Shown here piece after piece: positions 44,515 through 52,807 of a DNA stretch of 64,000 nt. This stretch comes from Hyalangium minutum (GTDB taxonomy: Bacteria; Myxococcota; Myxococcia; Myxococcales; Myxococcaceae), in NCBI RefSeq assembly GCF_000737315.1, contig NZ_JMCB01000014.1, forward strand, positions 62,001-126,000. The letters are read 5' to 3'. Both the position numbers and the translations under genes were made by a program. The notes under the pieces are model-generated. The model searched no databases. It was not told where the DNA came from and saw only the letters and a list, made by a program, of their open reading frames with translations. The first letter of the stretch is position 1. The number at the start of each line of letters is the position of its first letter.

Positions 44515-46353
44515 TTACTTCACGCCCACCGCGCTCCAGCTGTCCTTCACCTTCTGCACCTCCACCGAGTTGGCCCCGTACAGGTCCGTGGCGGCGTTGA
44601 TCGTCGCCTGGCGAGCCTGGGCGAAGGTGGTGTTCGGCGTCATGTAGTTCTCCAGGGCCCGGTAGAAGACCTTCAGGCCCTTCTCCATGCCGATGCCGTC
44701 CTTCACTTCCTGGCCCGACGTGCGGTTCTTGCCGCCGTTGGCCAGTAGGTAGAACGCGTTGTTCGCAATGCCGCTGGAGCCGTGGACCTCGGTCTGCTTC
44801 GGGTAGTTCTTGTAGTTGTCGATGGAGTAGCCGTCCTTCGTCGGGTCATCCATGTAGCGCAGCGCGTCCCCGGTGCCGTTGGCCGGCGTCCACGCGTCCT
44901 CGCCCATCTTCCAGTCGAACTCCACCGCCGAGTTCTTCTGCGAGGCGTACCACTCCACGCCCGTGCCCATGATGTCGCTGAACGCCTCGTTGAGGCCGCC
45001 GGACTCGCCCTCGTAGATGAGGCCCGCGGTGCGCTCGGTCAGCCCGTGCGCAATCTCGTGGCCGGCGATGTCCAGCGTGGTGAGCGGGCCCGCATCCTTC
45101 CCGTCGCCGTCGCCGTAGTTCATCTTCTCGCCATCCCAGTAGGCGTTCACGTAGTTCTTGTCCACGTGCACGTAGGACACCAGCTTCTCGCCCTTGCCAT
45201 CCAGCGAGTTGCGGCCCAGCACGTCCTTGAGGAAGTCGTACGTCATCTCCGCGCCGTAGTGCGCATCCACCGCCGCCTTCGTGCGCGAGTCGTCCGTCGC
45301 CTCGCCCCACACGTCGTTCTTGTCCGTCAGCGGCGTCTGGCCGCTGGCCGTCGCCTTGTTCTTCGCGTCGTACGTCACGACGCCATTGCCGCGCGTCTTG
45401 TCCTCGAGCGTGTAGGTGCCATTGGCCTGCTTCGTGGTGGAGAGGTCCACCTTGCCGCTGTAGAGCGTGCTGTCATCCGCCTTGCCCGTGGCCGGAGTGC
45501 CGGGCGTGGTCGGCGTGGCCGGCGTGGCTGGCGTCGTGGTGCCCGCCGTCTGGGACTGCGCGGCACCCGCGTGGTCCTTGGGCAGCTCGATGCCGCCCAT
45601 CTGGTCGAAGCTGCGCACCATCTCGCCGCTGTTGGCGTCGACGAAGTAGTTCATCCGGCGCGGGCGCTCATCGGCCTTCAGGTCGTTCACGTGGGTCATC
45701 TGCACGTGGTAGGCGGCGTGGTACTGGCCATCCTTGCCCTGGACGATAACGCGCTCGGCGGAGGGCGGGTGTGCCGCATCCGTGTTGCCCGCGAAGGCCT
45801 TCTGCGCAATGGACAGCGCGTCCTGCGACGACAGTTTCGCCGGCCCCGAGCCCAACCCTGCTGGGATGGGTTCCGTGCCGCCCGTGAGGCCGGACACCTT
45901 GCCGTCCTTGTCCAGGTGGCTGATGACCTGCTCCCCGAAGACCTTCACACCCTCGTGGGTGCGGTCCAGGCGGACATGCGTCATGCCAAGTTCGTCACGC
46001 GTGACAGAGCGGGGCGAGAAGGCGCTCTGCGCATCTCCGCCGGGCACGAAGCCGCGGGAGCTGCCACCGGACTGCTTCTGGATGAAGTCGAGCGACTTCT
46101 GGATGGCGCCGCGCGCCTCGGGGCTGCTGAGTTCCAGCGGGCCGGGCGTGGCCGAGGCCGGAGCGGCCGTCTGCGCGGTGAGCGACACCAGCGGCTTGTT
46201 GCCCGACGTGGCGAAGCTCGACTTCGCCTCGAAGCCCGAGCCCTGCGTGCGGGCCTGAGCAGCCACCGGCTTCTGCGGCGCGACGGTGTTGGCGGCGGCG
46301 GGGGTGAGGGAGGAGGACAGAGAGGGCTGCTGGGAACGGTGGGTGATCTGCAT
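44515..46353 (-). CDS. M4 (thermolysin-family) metalloprotease with FTP/PepSY propeptide, no Sec signal
   Basis: HEIAH, GGLNEAFSD, EVHGSSG; DELGMTHVRLDRTHEGVKVFGEQ FTP domain; polar Ser/Pro/Ala N-terminus. Confidence 0.93.
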   Translation of the reverse strand: MQITHRSQQPSLSSSLTPAAANTVAPQKPVAAQARTQGSGFEAKSSFATSGNKPLVSLTAQTAAPASATPGPLELSSPEARGAIQKSLDFIQKQSGGSSRGFVPGGDAQSAFSPRSVTRDELGMTHVRLDRTHEGVKVFGEQVISHLDKDGKVSGLTGGTEPIPAGLGSGPAKLSSQDALSIAQKAFAGNTDAAHPPSAERVIVQGKDGQYHAAYHVQMTHVNDLKADERPRRMNYFVDANSGEMVRSFDQMGGIELPKDHAGAAQSQTAGTTTPATPATPTTPGTPATGKADDSTLYSGKVDLSTTKQANGTYTLEDKTRGNGVVTYDAKNKATASGQTPLTDKNDVWGEATDDSRTKAAVDAHYGAEMTYDFLKDVLGRNSLDGKGEKLVSYVHVDKNYVNAYWDGEKMNYGDGDGKDAGPLTTLDIAGHEIAHGLTERTAGLIYEGESGGLNEAFSDIMGTGVEWYASQKNSAVEFDWKMGEDAWTPANGTGDALRYMDDPTKDGYSIDNYKNYPKQTEVHGSSGIANNAFYLLANGGKNRTSGQEVKDGIGMEKGLKVFYRALENYMTPNTTFAQARQATINAATDLYGANSVEVQKVKDSWSAVGVK

Positions 46354-46418
46354 GGCGGGCTCCGAGTGAGTGAGGGTAGGAATTAGTGCCTACCAGTGTG
46401 TTTATGTATGCCCTATGG

Positions 46419-46434
46419 AGCACGATGTGTGCCA
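46419..46434 (-). promoter_or_regulatory. Sigma-54 -24/-12 promoter of the M4 protease
   Basis: Minus strand TGGCACACATCGTGCT, 65 nt upstream of ATG 46353. Confidence 0.75.
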
Positions 46435-46505
46435 TGCGTCGCGTCACGAACCTGGATTGTAACTCCTTGTTTTTACGAGGACCGGTTCGATCGAGCGAGA
46501 CAACT

Positions 46506-46521
46506 GGTGACTTCCGCCACC
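46506..46521. promoter_or_regulatory. Operator-like site GGTGAC-N4-GCCACC
   Basis: tGGTGAC ttcc GCCACCa, one mismatch to the palindrome. Confidence 0.6.
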
Positions 46522-46562
46522 AGTGAGCACTGCGTCCCCTCGCAAACGAGAGTCACCAGCCT

Positions 46563-46578
46563 GTAGACAGGTGTCACC
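46563..46578. promoter_or_regulatory. Degenerate operator-like site GTAGAC-N4-GTCACC
   Basis: Two mismatches; a further GTCACC half-site lies 21 bp upstream at 46552-46557. Confidence 0.4.
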
Positions 46579-46744
46579 ACGCCACTTACACAAGCACACC
46601 TCAGCTTCGTCAGACCCGACGCACTGCATTCAAGGAATAAACAGAAGGATGCGTCAAAAAAGACCAATGAGACAAAGCATTAAAAACTGCTAAACCAGTT
46701 TTGCCCGCCGGACGTGTTTCCGGCATTGCCCCCGGAGTCTCCAC

Positions 46745-47029
46745 ATGAAGCTGAAGACCTTGATGATGAGCTTGGCGTTTGGCGCCTTCCTCTCTGCCTG
46801 TGGCGGCCCGCTGCCCGAGGAGGGCGTGGACAGCATGGCGGACGAGATCGGCAGCGCTGAGCAGGGCGTCTGTGAGGGTTGGGAAAGCGGCGGGCGCCGG
46901 TGTACCTGGAAGTGCAGCTCCGGCGGCATGTGGATCTACGCCACCGGCCAAGTGTCCTATGGCGGGTGCACTGCGTACGCGAACGACTTCTGCAAGGGCA
47001 CCGCGTCTTCCGTCTGCTGGAGCCGCTAG
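46745..47029 (+). CDS. Small lipoprotein precursor with six-Cys mature peptide (paralog 1, 94 aa)
   Basis: Lipobox LSAC, acidic spacer, CEGW...C-TWK-C...YGGC-TAYANDF-C...VCWS. Confidence 0.85.
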   Translation: MKLKTLMMSLAFGAFLSACGGPLPEEGVDSMADEIGSAEQGVCEGWESGGRRCTWKCSSGGMWIYATGQVSYGGCTAYANDFCKGTASSVCWSR

Positions 47030-47105
47030 CACCTTCTGGGCGAGGCAGTGAGGCGCCGCCCTCCATTTCTGAAGCACCCACCCTTCCCTGAGAAAGGCAA
47101 TTTCC

Positions 47106-47396
47106 ATGAAGCTGAAGACCCTGATGATGAGCCTGGCGTTCGGTGCCCTCCTCTCCGCATGTGGCGGCCCCATCACCGAGGAGGGCGAGGTCACGGAGCA
47201 AGAGATCGGCTCGACGAGCCAGGCCCTCTGTGAGGGTTGGGACAACGGCGCCCGCTACTGCACGTTCCGGTGCACCGCCTCGCAGACTACGCATTACTTC
47301 GCCGGCTACGGCGACGTGCCCTACGGCAACTGCACCGCGTACGCCAACAACTACTGCGGCCGAACCGCGGTCAGCGTCTGCTGGAGCAAGCTCTAG
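47106..47396 (+). CDS. Small lipoprotein precursor with six-Cys mature peptide (paralog 2, 96 aa)
   Basis: Near-identical leader; CEGW...C-TFR-C...YGNC-TAYANNY-C...VCWS; RBS AAAGG. Confidence 0.85.
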   Translation: MKLKTLMMSLAFGALLSACGGPITEEGEVTEQEIGSTSQALCEGWDNGARYCTFRCTASQTTHYFAGYGDVPYGNCTAYANNYCGRTAVSVCWSKL

Positions 47397-47406
47397 TCCG
47401 TTCCCC

Positions 47407-47442
47407 GGCAGCCCGGTCCAAAACCCCTCAGACCGGGCCGCC
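47407..47442 (+). terminator. GC-rich stem-loop after the peptide genes
   Basis: GGCAGCCCGGTC ... GACCGGGCCGCC arms (one imperfect pair); no U-tract. Confidence 0.45.
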
Positions 47443-47574
47443 GTCGGCGACACCGCAGCGGTGGGAACAGCTCAGGCGGTGTTGACCATCAGAAGCTTGT
47501 AAATCCTTCGCATCCTCGCGATGGATTTACCCGGTGGGGTGCTCCTTAGATGTATCCGCGAGAGGAGCCCCACC

Positions 47575-48216
47575 GTGTCCCCACCCGATGACTCTGATCC
47601 CAAGCCGCTGCTTCCCAAGCTCAGCCGCCGCGCCTTCTTCAAAGGAGCGGGCGCTTCCGCGCTGACCGCGTCCCTTGCCCAGTCCGCAGCCGAAGCGGCG
47701 GCAGCGGCCTCCCCAGCAGTGGTCGGCCCTGAGCCCTCCGCGCTGTCGCTCGTCATCAACGGCCACACCGTGACCGTCCACGCGGACCCCGCCACGACGC
47801 TGGCCGAGGTGCTCCGCAACCACCTGAGCATGACGGGGACGAAGATCGGCTGCGACCGCGGCGCCTGCTCCGCCTGCACCGTCTGGCTGGATGGCGAGGT
47901 CGCCGCCAGTTGCATGACGCTGGCCCTCGACGCCCGGGGACGGAAGATCACCACCATCGAGGGGCTCGCCCGCGGAGAGGAGCTCCACCCCGTCCAGCGA
48001 GCCTTCGTGGAGAACGATGCGCTGCAGTGCGGGTTCTGCACCCCTGGCATGGTCATGAGCTGCGCCGCGCTCGTGGAGCGAAACCCGAAGTGCACGCTCG
48101 ATGACGTGAAGCAGGCCGTCAGCGGCCATCTGTGCCGGTGCGGCACCTATCCCAACGTCTTCAAGGCCACCCTCGCCGCAGCCCAGGCGAGCAGCAAGGG
48201 CAAGGGGAAGAGCTGA
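47575..48216 (+). CDS. Tat-exported 2x[2Fe-2S] subunit of xanthine/aldehyde oxidoreductase (PaoA/YagT-like)
   Basis: GTG after GAGAGGAG; SRRAFFK Tat motif; GCDRGACSAC, QCGFC, CRC. Confidence 0.92.
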   Translation: MSPPDDSDPKPLLPKLSRRAFFKGAGASALTASLAQSAAEAAAAASPAVVGPEPSALSLVINGHTVTVHADPATTLAEVLRNHLSMTGTKIGCDRGACSACTVWLDGEVAASCMTLALDARGRKITTIEGLARGEELHPVQRAFVENDALQCGFCTPGMVMSCAALVERNPKCTLDDVKQAVSGHLCRCGTYPNVFKATLAAAQASSKGKGKS

Positions 48217-50696
48217 TGCAAGACGTCAAGGACACCACGGGCACCCAGTCGTCCCACAAGCCCGCCTCCGGCCAGCAGGAGCAGACCCCAGGCCCCCAGA
48301 AGCCACCGGCTCCGAACCCAGGCCCCGCCCGCCAGCAGGCCGTGCCGTATGGGATTGTCGGCCAGGGGCTGAAGGAGGTCACCCGGCGGGTGCCGCTGGA
48401 CGAGCCGCCCCCCCTGCCCGAGAACGCCAAGCTGAAGTCCATTGGCAAGCCCGTGACCCGGCTGGACGCCGTCGAGAAGGTCACCGGCAAGGCTCGCTAT
48501 ACCTTTGACGTCCAGCTCCCCGGCATGCTCTGGGCCAAGTGGGTCGCCTCGCCCCTGCCCCATGCCCGCATCAAGTCCGTGGACACCTCGGCGGCCGAGC
48601 GCGCTCCCGGCGTCCGCGCCGTTCACGTCCTGGAGCGGCTGCTGTCCACCGCGAAGCTGAGGGACCCCAAGGCCGAGCAGTCCCAGCGCTACCCCACCAT
48701 CCGCTACGCCGGCCAGCCCATCGCCGCAGTGGCCGCCGACACCCCTCGCGCCGCCGAGGCCGCCGCCAAGCTCATTCGCGTGGAGTACGAGCCCCTGCCC
48801 CACGTGACGGAGATCGAAGCGGCCATGAAGGAGAACGCGCCTCGCGTCTTCCCGGGCCCCACCGAACAGCCCGCCACTGCGGGAGGCGGCGGCGCGCCCC
48901 CAGGCCTGCCTCAGAAGGGCAACGTGCGCGGCCCTGACACCAAGCCCCGGGGCATGGGCCCTCGCGGCGACGTGGAGCAGGGCTTCCGCGAGTCCGACGT
49001 CATCATCGAGGCGGAGTTCCGGACCCAGGTCCAGACCCATGTGCCCATGGAGCCACATGGGCTCGTCGCCGACTGGCGGGACGAGGGGCTCACCCTCTAC
49101 GCCTCCACCCAATACGTCGGCAGCGTCCGGGACGAGGCCGCCGAGAACTTCGACCTGCCCAAGAACAAGGTCCGCGTCATCTGTGACTTCACGGGCGGCG
49201 GCTTCGGCGCGAAGTACGGCATTGGCAACTACGGGCTGCTGGCCATCCACCTGTCGCGCAAGGCCCGGCTGCCGGTGCGGATGATGCTCGACCGCCGAGA
49301 AGAGCATGTCTCGGGCGGCAACCGCCCCAACAGCATCCAGCGGCTCAAGCTCGGCGCCAAGCGCGATGGCTCCCTGACCGCCCTCCAGCTCCAAGCCCAT
49401 GGCAGCGGCGGCGTGGCCGGTGGCGCGGGCGTCGGCTTCGCCCACTCCACGCTCTACGCGTGCCCGAACGTGCGCGTGGAGCAGTATGACGTCTTCACCA
49501 ACGCGGGGCCCTGCGCGGCCTTCCGCGCCCCCGGCCAGGTCCAGGGCATCTTCAGTCTGGAGCAGGCCATCGACGAGCTGGCGGAGCGGATTGGGATGGA
49601 TCCCCTCGCGCTCCGGAGCAAGATCGACGTCTCCGGGACGGATGACTCGCTGGCGCGCGCCCAAGAGCGCCGGATCGGCGCCGAGCGCTTCGGCTGGAAC
49701 AAGCGGCGCCCCGCGGGCTCGGACAAGGGTCCGATCAAGCGCGGCATCGGGTTCGCCCAGTCCCAGTGGCTCTACCTGGTCCACCTCAACACCGCCTGCG
49801 AGGTGCGCGTGTCCGGGGATGGCTCCGTCGAGGCCTTCAGCAGCACGCAGGACATCGGCACGGGGACTCGCACCGTCCTGGCCCAGGTGGTCGCAGAGGA
49901 GTTCGGCCTGCGCCCAGAGGACATCGGGGCACGCGTCGGCGACTCGCGCTACCCCATGGGGCCCGCCTCGGGCGGAAGCCGCGTCACCAGCTCGTTGACG
50001 CCCGCCGCCCGGAACGCCGCCTACCGCTGCGCCCGGGAGCTGGCCAACCGGCTCGCCCGCGTCCTGGAGGCGAACGCGGAGGACATCGCCTTCGCCGACG
50101 GCAAGGTGGTGGTGAAGGGCCAGGCCTCGAAGACGCTGCCCTTCCGTGAGGCCGTCAAGAAGGCGGGCTTCGAGGAGATCTCCCAGCGCGCCGAGCGACG
50201 GGACGACTACGAAGGATTCGCGGCCTCCATGCGCGACATGGGCATCAGCAAGCACGGCATCGGCGGTGTGCAGTTCGCCGAAGTCGCCGTCGACACGGAG
50301 ACAGGCATCGTCAAGGTGGAGCGGGTGGTCGCGGTGCATGACTGCGGGCGCCCCATCAACCCCAAGCTCACCGAGAGCCAAATCTATGGCGGCGTCATTC
50401 AAGGCGTGAGCTACGCCCTCTACGAGGAGCGCCATCTGGACTCCGCGAGCGGACTTCAGCTCAACGCCAACGTGGACCAGTACAAAATTGTCGGTTCACG
50501 CGAGGTGCCGCAGATCGAGGTCCACCTGCTGGAGCAGCTGGGAGGGCAGTCCTCGACGGATGCGCGCGGCGTGGCCGAGCCCGCCAACGTGGCGACGGCC
50601 GCCGCGGTGGCCAATGCCTTCTACAACGCGACGGGCAAGCGCATCCGGACGCTCCCGATGACGCCTGCCAACGTGCTCGCGGCGCTGCGAGCCTGA
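48216..50696 (+). CDS. Molybdopterin-binding subunit, xanthine dehydrogenase family (PaoC/YagR-like)
   Basis: TGATG coupling; KVTGKARY, GGGFGAK, AFRAPG, QDIGTG, GVAEP. Confidence 0.93.
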   Translation: MQDVKDTTGTQSSHKPASGQQEQTPGPQKPPAPNPGPARQQAVPYGIVGQGLKEVTRRVPLDEPPPLPENAKLKSIGKPVTRLDAVEKVTGKARYTFDVQLPGMLWAKWVASPLPHARIKSVDTSAAERAPGVRAVHVLERLLSTAKLRDPKAEQSQRYPTIRYAGQPIAAVAADTPRAAEAAAKLIRVEYEPLPHVTEIEAAMKENAPRVFPGPTEQPATAGGGGAPPGLPQKGNVRGPDTKPRGMGPRGDVEQGFRESDVIIEAEFRTQVQTHVPMEPHGLVADWRDEGLTLYASTQYVGSVRDEAAENFDLPKNKVRVICDFTGGGFGAKYGIGNYGLLAIHLSRKARLPVRMMLDRREEHVSGGNRPNSIQRLKLGAKRDGSLTALQLQAHGSGGVAGGAGVGFAHSTLYACPNVRVEQYDVFTNAGPCAAFRAPGQVQGIFSLEQAIDELAERIGMDPLALRSKIDVSGTDDSLARAQERRIGAERFGWNKRRPAGSDKGPIKRGIGFAQSQWLYLVHLNTACEVRVSGDGSVEAFSSTQDIGTGTRTVLAQVVAEEFGLRPEDIGARVGDSRYPMGPASGGSRVTSSLTPAARNAAYRCARELANRLARVLEANAEDIAFADGKVVVKGQASKTLPFREAVKKAGFEEISQRAERRDDYEGFAASMRDMGISKHGIGGVQFAEVAVDTETGIVKVERVVAVHDCGRPINPKLTESQIYGGVIQGVSYALYEERHLDSASGLQLNANVDQYKIVGSREVPQIEVHLLEQLGGQSSTDARGVAEPANVATAAAVANAFYNATGKRIRTLPMTPANVLAALRA

Positions 50697-50712
50697 GACT
50701 TCGGAGAGAACC

Positions 50713-51702
50713 ATGCAGAGCTTCGAGTGGGTAGATGCCCAGTCCGTGGAGCAGGCCGTCTCGCTGCTGGCCGAGAGCACCGACGGCAAGCCGGTCGTCG
50801 CGAAGGCCGGCGGAATGGATCTGCTGGACCTCATGAAGGGGGGCGTGGTGAACCCCTCCCGGGTGGTGAATCTCAAGACCATCCCCGGGATGGACGGGGT
50901 GCGCTTCGACGCGCAGCAGGGCCTGGAGCTGGGCGCCCTGGTGACGCTGGCCCGGATTTCGAAGGACCCCGAGGTGCGCCGCCGCTTCGTGGCGCTCGCG
51001 GATGCGGCCGAGCACGCCGCGACGCCCCAGGTCCGCAACGCCGCCACCGTGGGAGGCAACCTGCTCCAGCGCCCCCGCTGCTGGTACTTCCGGGACGAGC
51101 ACTTCCATCAGGCCCGTGGCGATGAGGCCGAGCGGGTGCGCGAGGGCCAGAACCAGTACCACGCCATCTTCGACAACCAGCGCACGGTGATGGTGCACGC
51201 CTCCACTCCCGCCACGGCGTTGGTGGCCTATGGAGCATCCGTCGAGCTGAGCGGCCCCGGCGGCAAGACGCGAGTGGTGCCCGTGGCCGACTTCCTGCTG
51301 CCGCCGGACATGAAGCGCCCGCGCGATACGGTCATCGCTCCCAACGAGCTGCTGACGCGCGTGCGCATCCCAGCGCCCGCGGCGGGAACGAAGGCCGCGT
51401 ACCACAAGCAAGGTGAGCGCGAGAGCTACGACTGGCCCATTTGCGACGTGGCGGTGGTGTTGCGAATGGAGGGACAGACCGTCCGGCAGGCCGCGATTGC
51501 CCTGGGATGGGTGGCGCCCACGCCTCGGCGGTCGGCGGAGGCAGAGAAGCTCCTGGTGGGGAAGAAGCTGGACGAAGAGCTCGCTCGCCAGGCGGCGCGG
51601 GCGGCCGTGAGCGGGGCGACGCCGCTGTCGAAGAACGCCTACAAGGTCCCCGTGCTCGAAGCAGTCATCCGCAGGACGGTGCTGGCCGCCGCGGCAGCCT
51701 GA
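50713..51702 (+). CDS. FAD-binding subunit, xanthine dehydrogenase family (PaoB/YagS-like)
   Basis: AGGMDL, ATPQVRNAATVGGNLLQRPRCWYFR. Confidence 0.92.
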   Translation: MQSFEWVDAQSVEQAVSLLAESTDGKPVVAKAGGMDLLDLMKGGVVNPSRVVNLKTIPGMDGVRFDAQQGLELGALVTLARISKDPEVRRRFVALADAAEHAATPQVRNAATVGGNLLQRPRCWYFRDEHFHQARGDEAERVREGQNQYHAIFDNQRTVMVHASTPATALVAYGASVELSGPGGKTRVVPVADFLLPPDMKRPRDTVIAPNELLTRVRIPAPAAGTKAAYHKQGERESYDWPICDVAVVLRMEGQTVRQAAIALGWVAPTPRRSAEAEKLLVGKKLDEELARQAARAAVSGATPLSKNAYKVPVLEAVIRRTVLAAAAA

Positions 51703-51710
51703 GGAGGCGC

Positions 51711-51947
51711 ATGGACTCGGGCTCCGAGCCGAAGCCGCCGCGCGTCTGCCGGCGGGTGCGTTCGAAGGGAGAGCCGGGCGTCCAGTATGACGACGCCGTG
51801 GGCTGGGAGGTGGGCTTCGTCTCGACTGCCACCTTCTGGTGCGTGGCGACGGGCGAGAGCGTGGGGCCCGATGACGACCTGGTGCACCCGCATGCCTGTG
51901 GTGAGGGGCGCGTGTGCTTCCGGGCCCCCGTCGACGACGCCGGGTGA
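51711..51947 (+). CDS. Small 4-Cys protein (78 aa), probably co-transcribed with the molybdoenzyme genes
   Basis: RBS GAGGAGG overlapping the previous stop; CRRVRSK...FWCVATGESVGPD...HACGEGRVCF. Confidence 0.75.
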   Translation: MDSGSEPKPPRVCRRVRSKGEPGVQYDDAVGWEVGFVSTATFWCVATGESVGPDDDLVHPHACGEGRVCFRAPVDDAG

Positions 51948-52154
51948 TCGGTCCTCAACGAGACACGGCACGAGAAGGACAACGCTGTGTTCTGAACGGC
52001 CCTGCCTTCCAGTGCGGCAAGGTATTCCGAAACGGGCATCCAACCAGCGCTCGGGGACACTGCCCGCAATGAGGGCGGCATCCCATTGTGGCGCCGCTCC
52101 AGGACGCCTGCTCCTGGAGCGAGCAACCCCGTGTCAGTCCCTTCGGAGGAGTGA

Positions 52155-52688
52155 ATGTCTTTTTTTGATCTGCCGCTCTGGAAGCGGTGTGCCCTCATCG
52201 TGTGCAGCGCCGTCCTCGTGGCACCGCTGGTCTACGCCCAGTCCGAGTCCGGCAACCTCCGTACCGAGGCCGATCGCAGGATGGTGCACACCCAGTACTC
52301 GCTGCCCTACCAGTTGCACCTGACGTGCGAGCTATCGTGGCCCGGCCAGGTGCGGCGCTTCCGGGTCACTTGCAGCGACACCAGCAAGATCGATGTGAAG
52401 GTGGCGGACTGCTGCATCCCGGGCGACCACTGGCAGGTGACGGTCAGGCAGTGGGACTCCCGGCCCAACACGGCCGTGACGACCGCTCCCGGAGGGGCCG
52501 GCAGCTTCGGCGTGCCCGGGCGTGTCTACACGTACAACTCCTCGACGAACGTGGATGCCCTCATCGAGTGCAGCTACCCGCACGGCATCAACGTGTTCCC
52601 CGCCGAGGCAGACATCCTCTTGGAGTTCAGCGGCATGTGTTACGCGGAAGATGTGGACTCCAGCAGCGAGTTCAGCCGCGCCCGGTGA
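52155..52688 (+). CDS. Hypothetical secreted Cys-containing protein
   Basis: RBS GGAGGAG; signal peptide ending LVYA-Q. Confidence 0.75.
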   Translation: MSFFDLPLWKRCALIVCSAVLVAPLVYAQSESGNLRTEADRRMVHTQYSLPYQLHLTCELSWPGQVRRFRVTCSDTSKIDVKVADCCIPGDHWQVTVRQWDSRPNTAVTTAPGGAGSFGVPGRVYTYNSSTNVDALIECSYPHGINVFPAEADILLEFSGMCYAEDVDSSSEFSRAR

Positions 52689-52727
52689 GTTCCTAGGGAG
52701 GGAGGGGAAGTTCGCAGCACTGGCGTA

Positions 52728-52778
52728 CGCGGCCCCCCGTCTCGCACTCTCGCCCCGAGAGATCGACGGGGGGCCGCG
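52728..52778. terminator. Long hairpin between convergent genes (possible bidirectional terminator)
   Basis: 14-bp perfect arms CGCGGCCCCCCGTC / GACGGGGGGCCGCG enclosing an inner CTCTC/GAGAG stem. Confidence 0.65.
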
Positions 52779-52807
52779 ATCTTCTCCAGCGGCCTCTCAG
52801 CGTGGAC

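Noticed and set aside
46745-47396. Cys-rich peptides as RiPP (lanthipeptide/sactipeptide) precursors
   Set aside because: No modifying enzyme or dedicated transporter adjacent; the lipoprotein signals imply export and disulfide formation instead.
52010-52060. GGCAAG...CCGAAACGG as a c-di-GMP riboswitch
   Set aside because: The GACGCAAA segment and second stem are absent.
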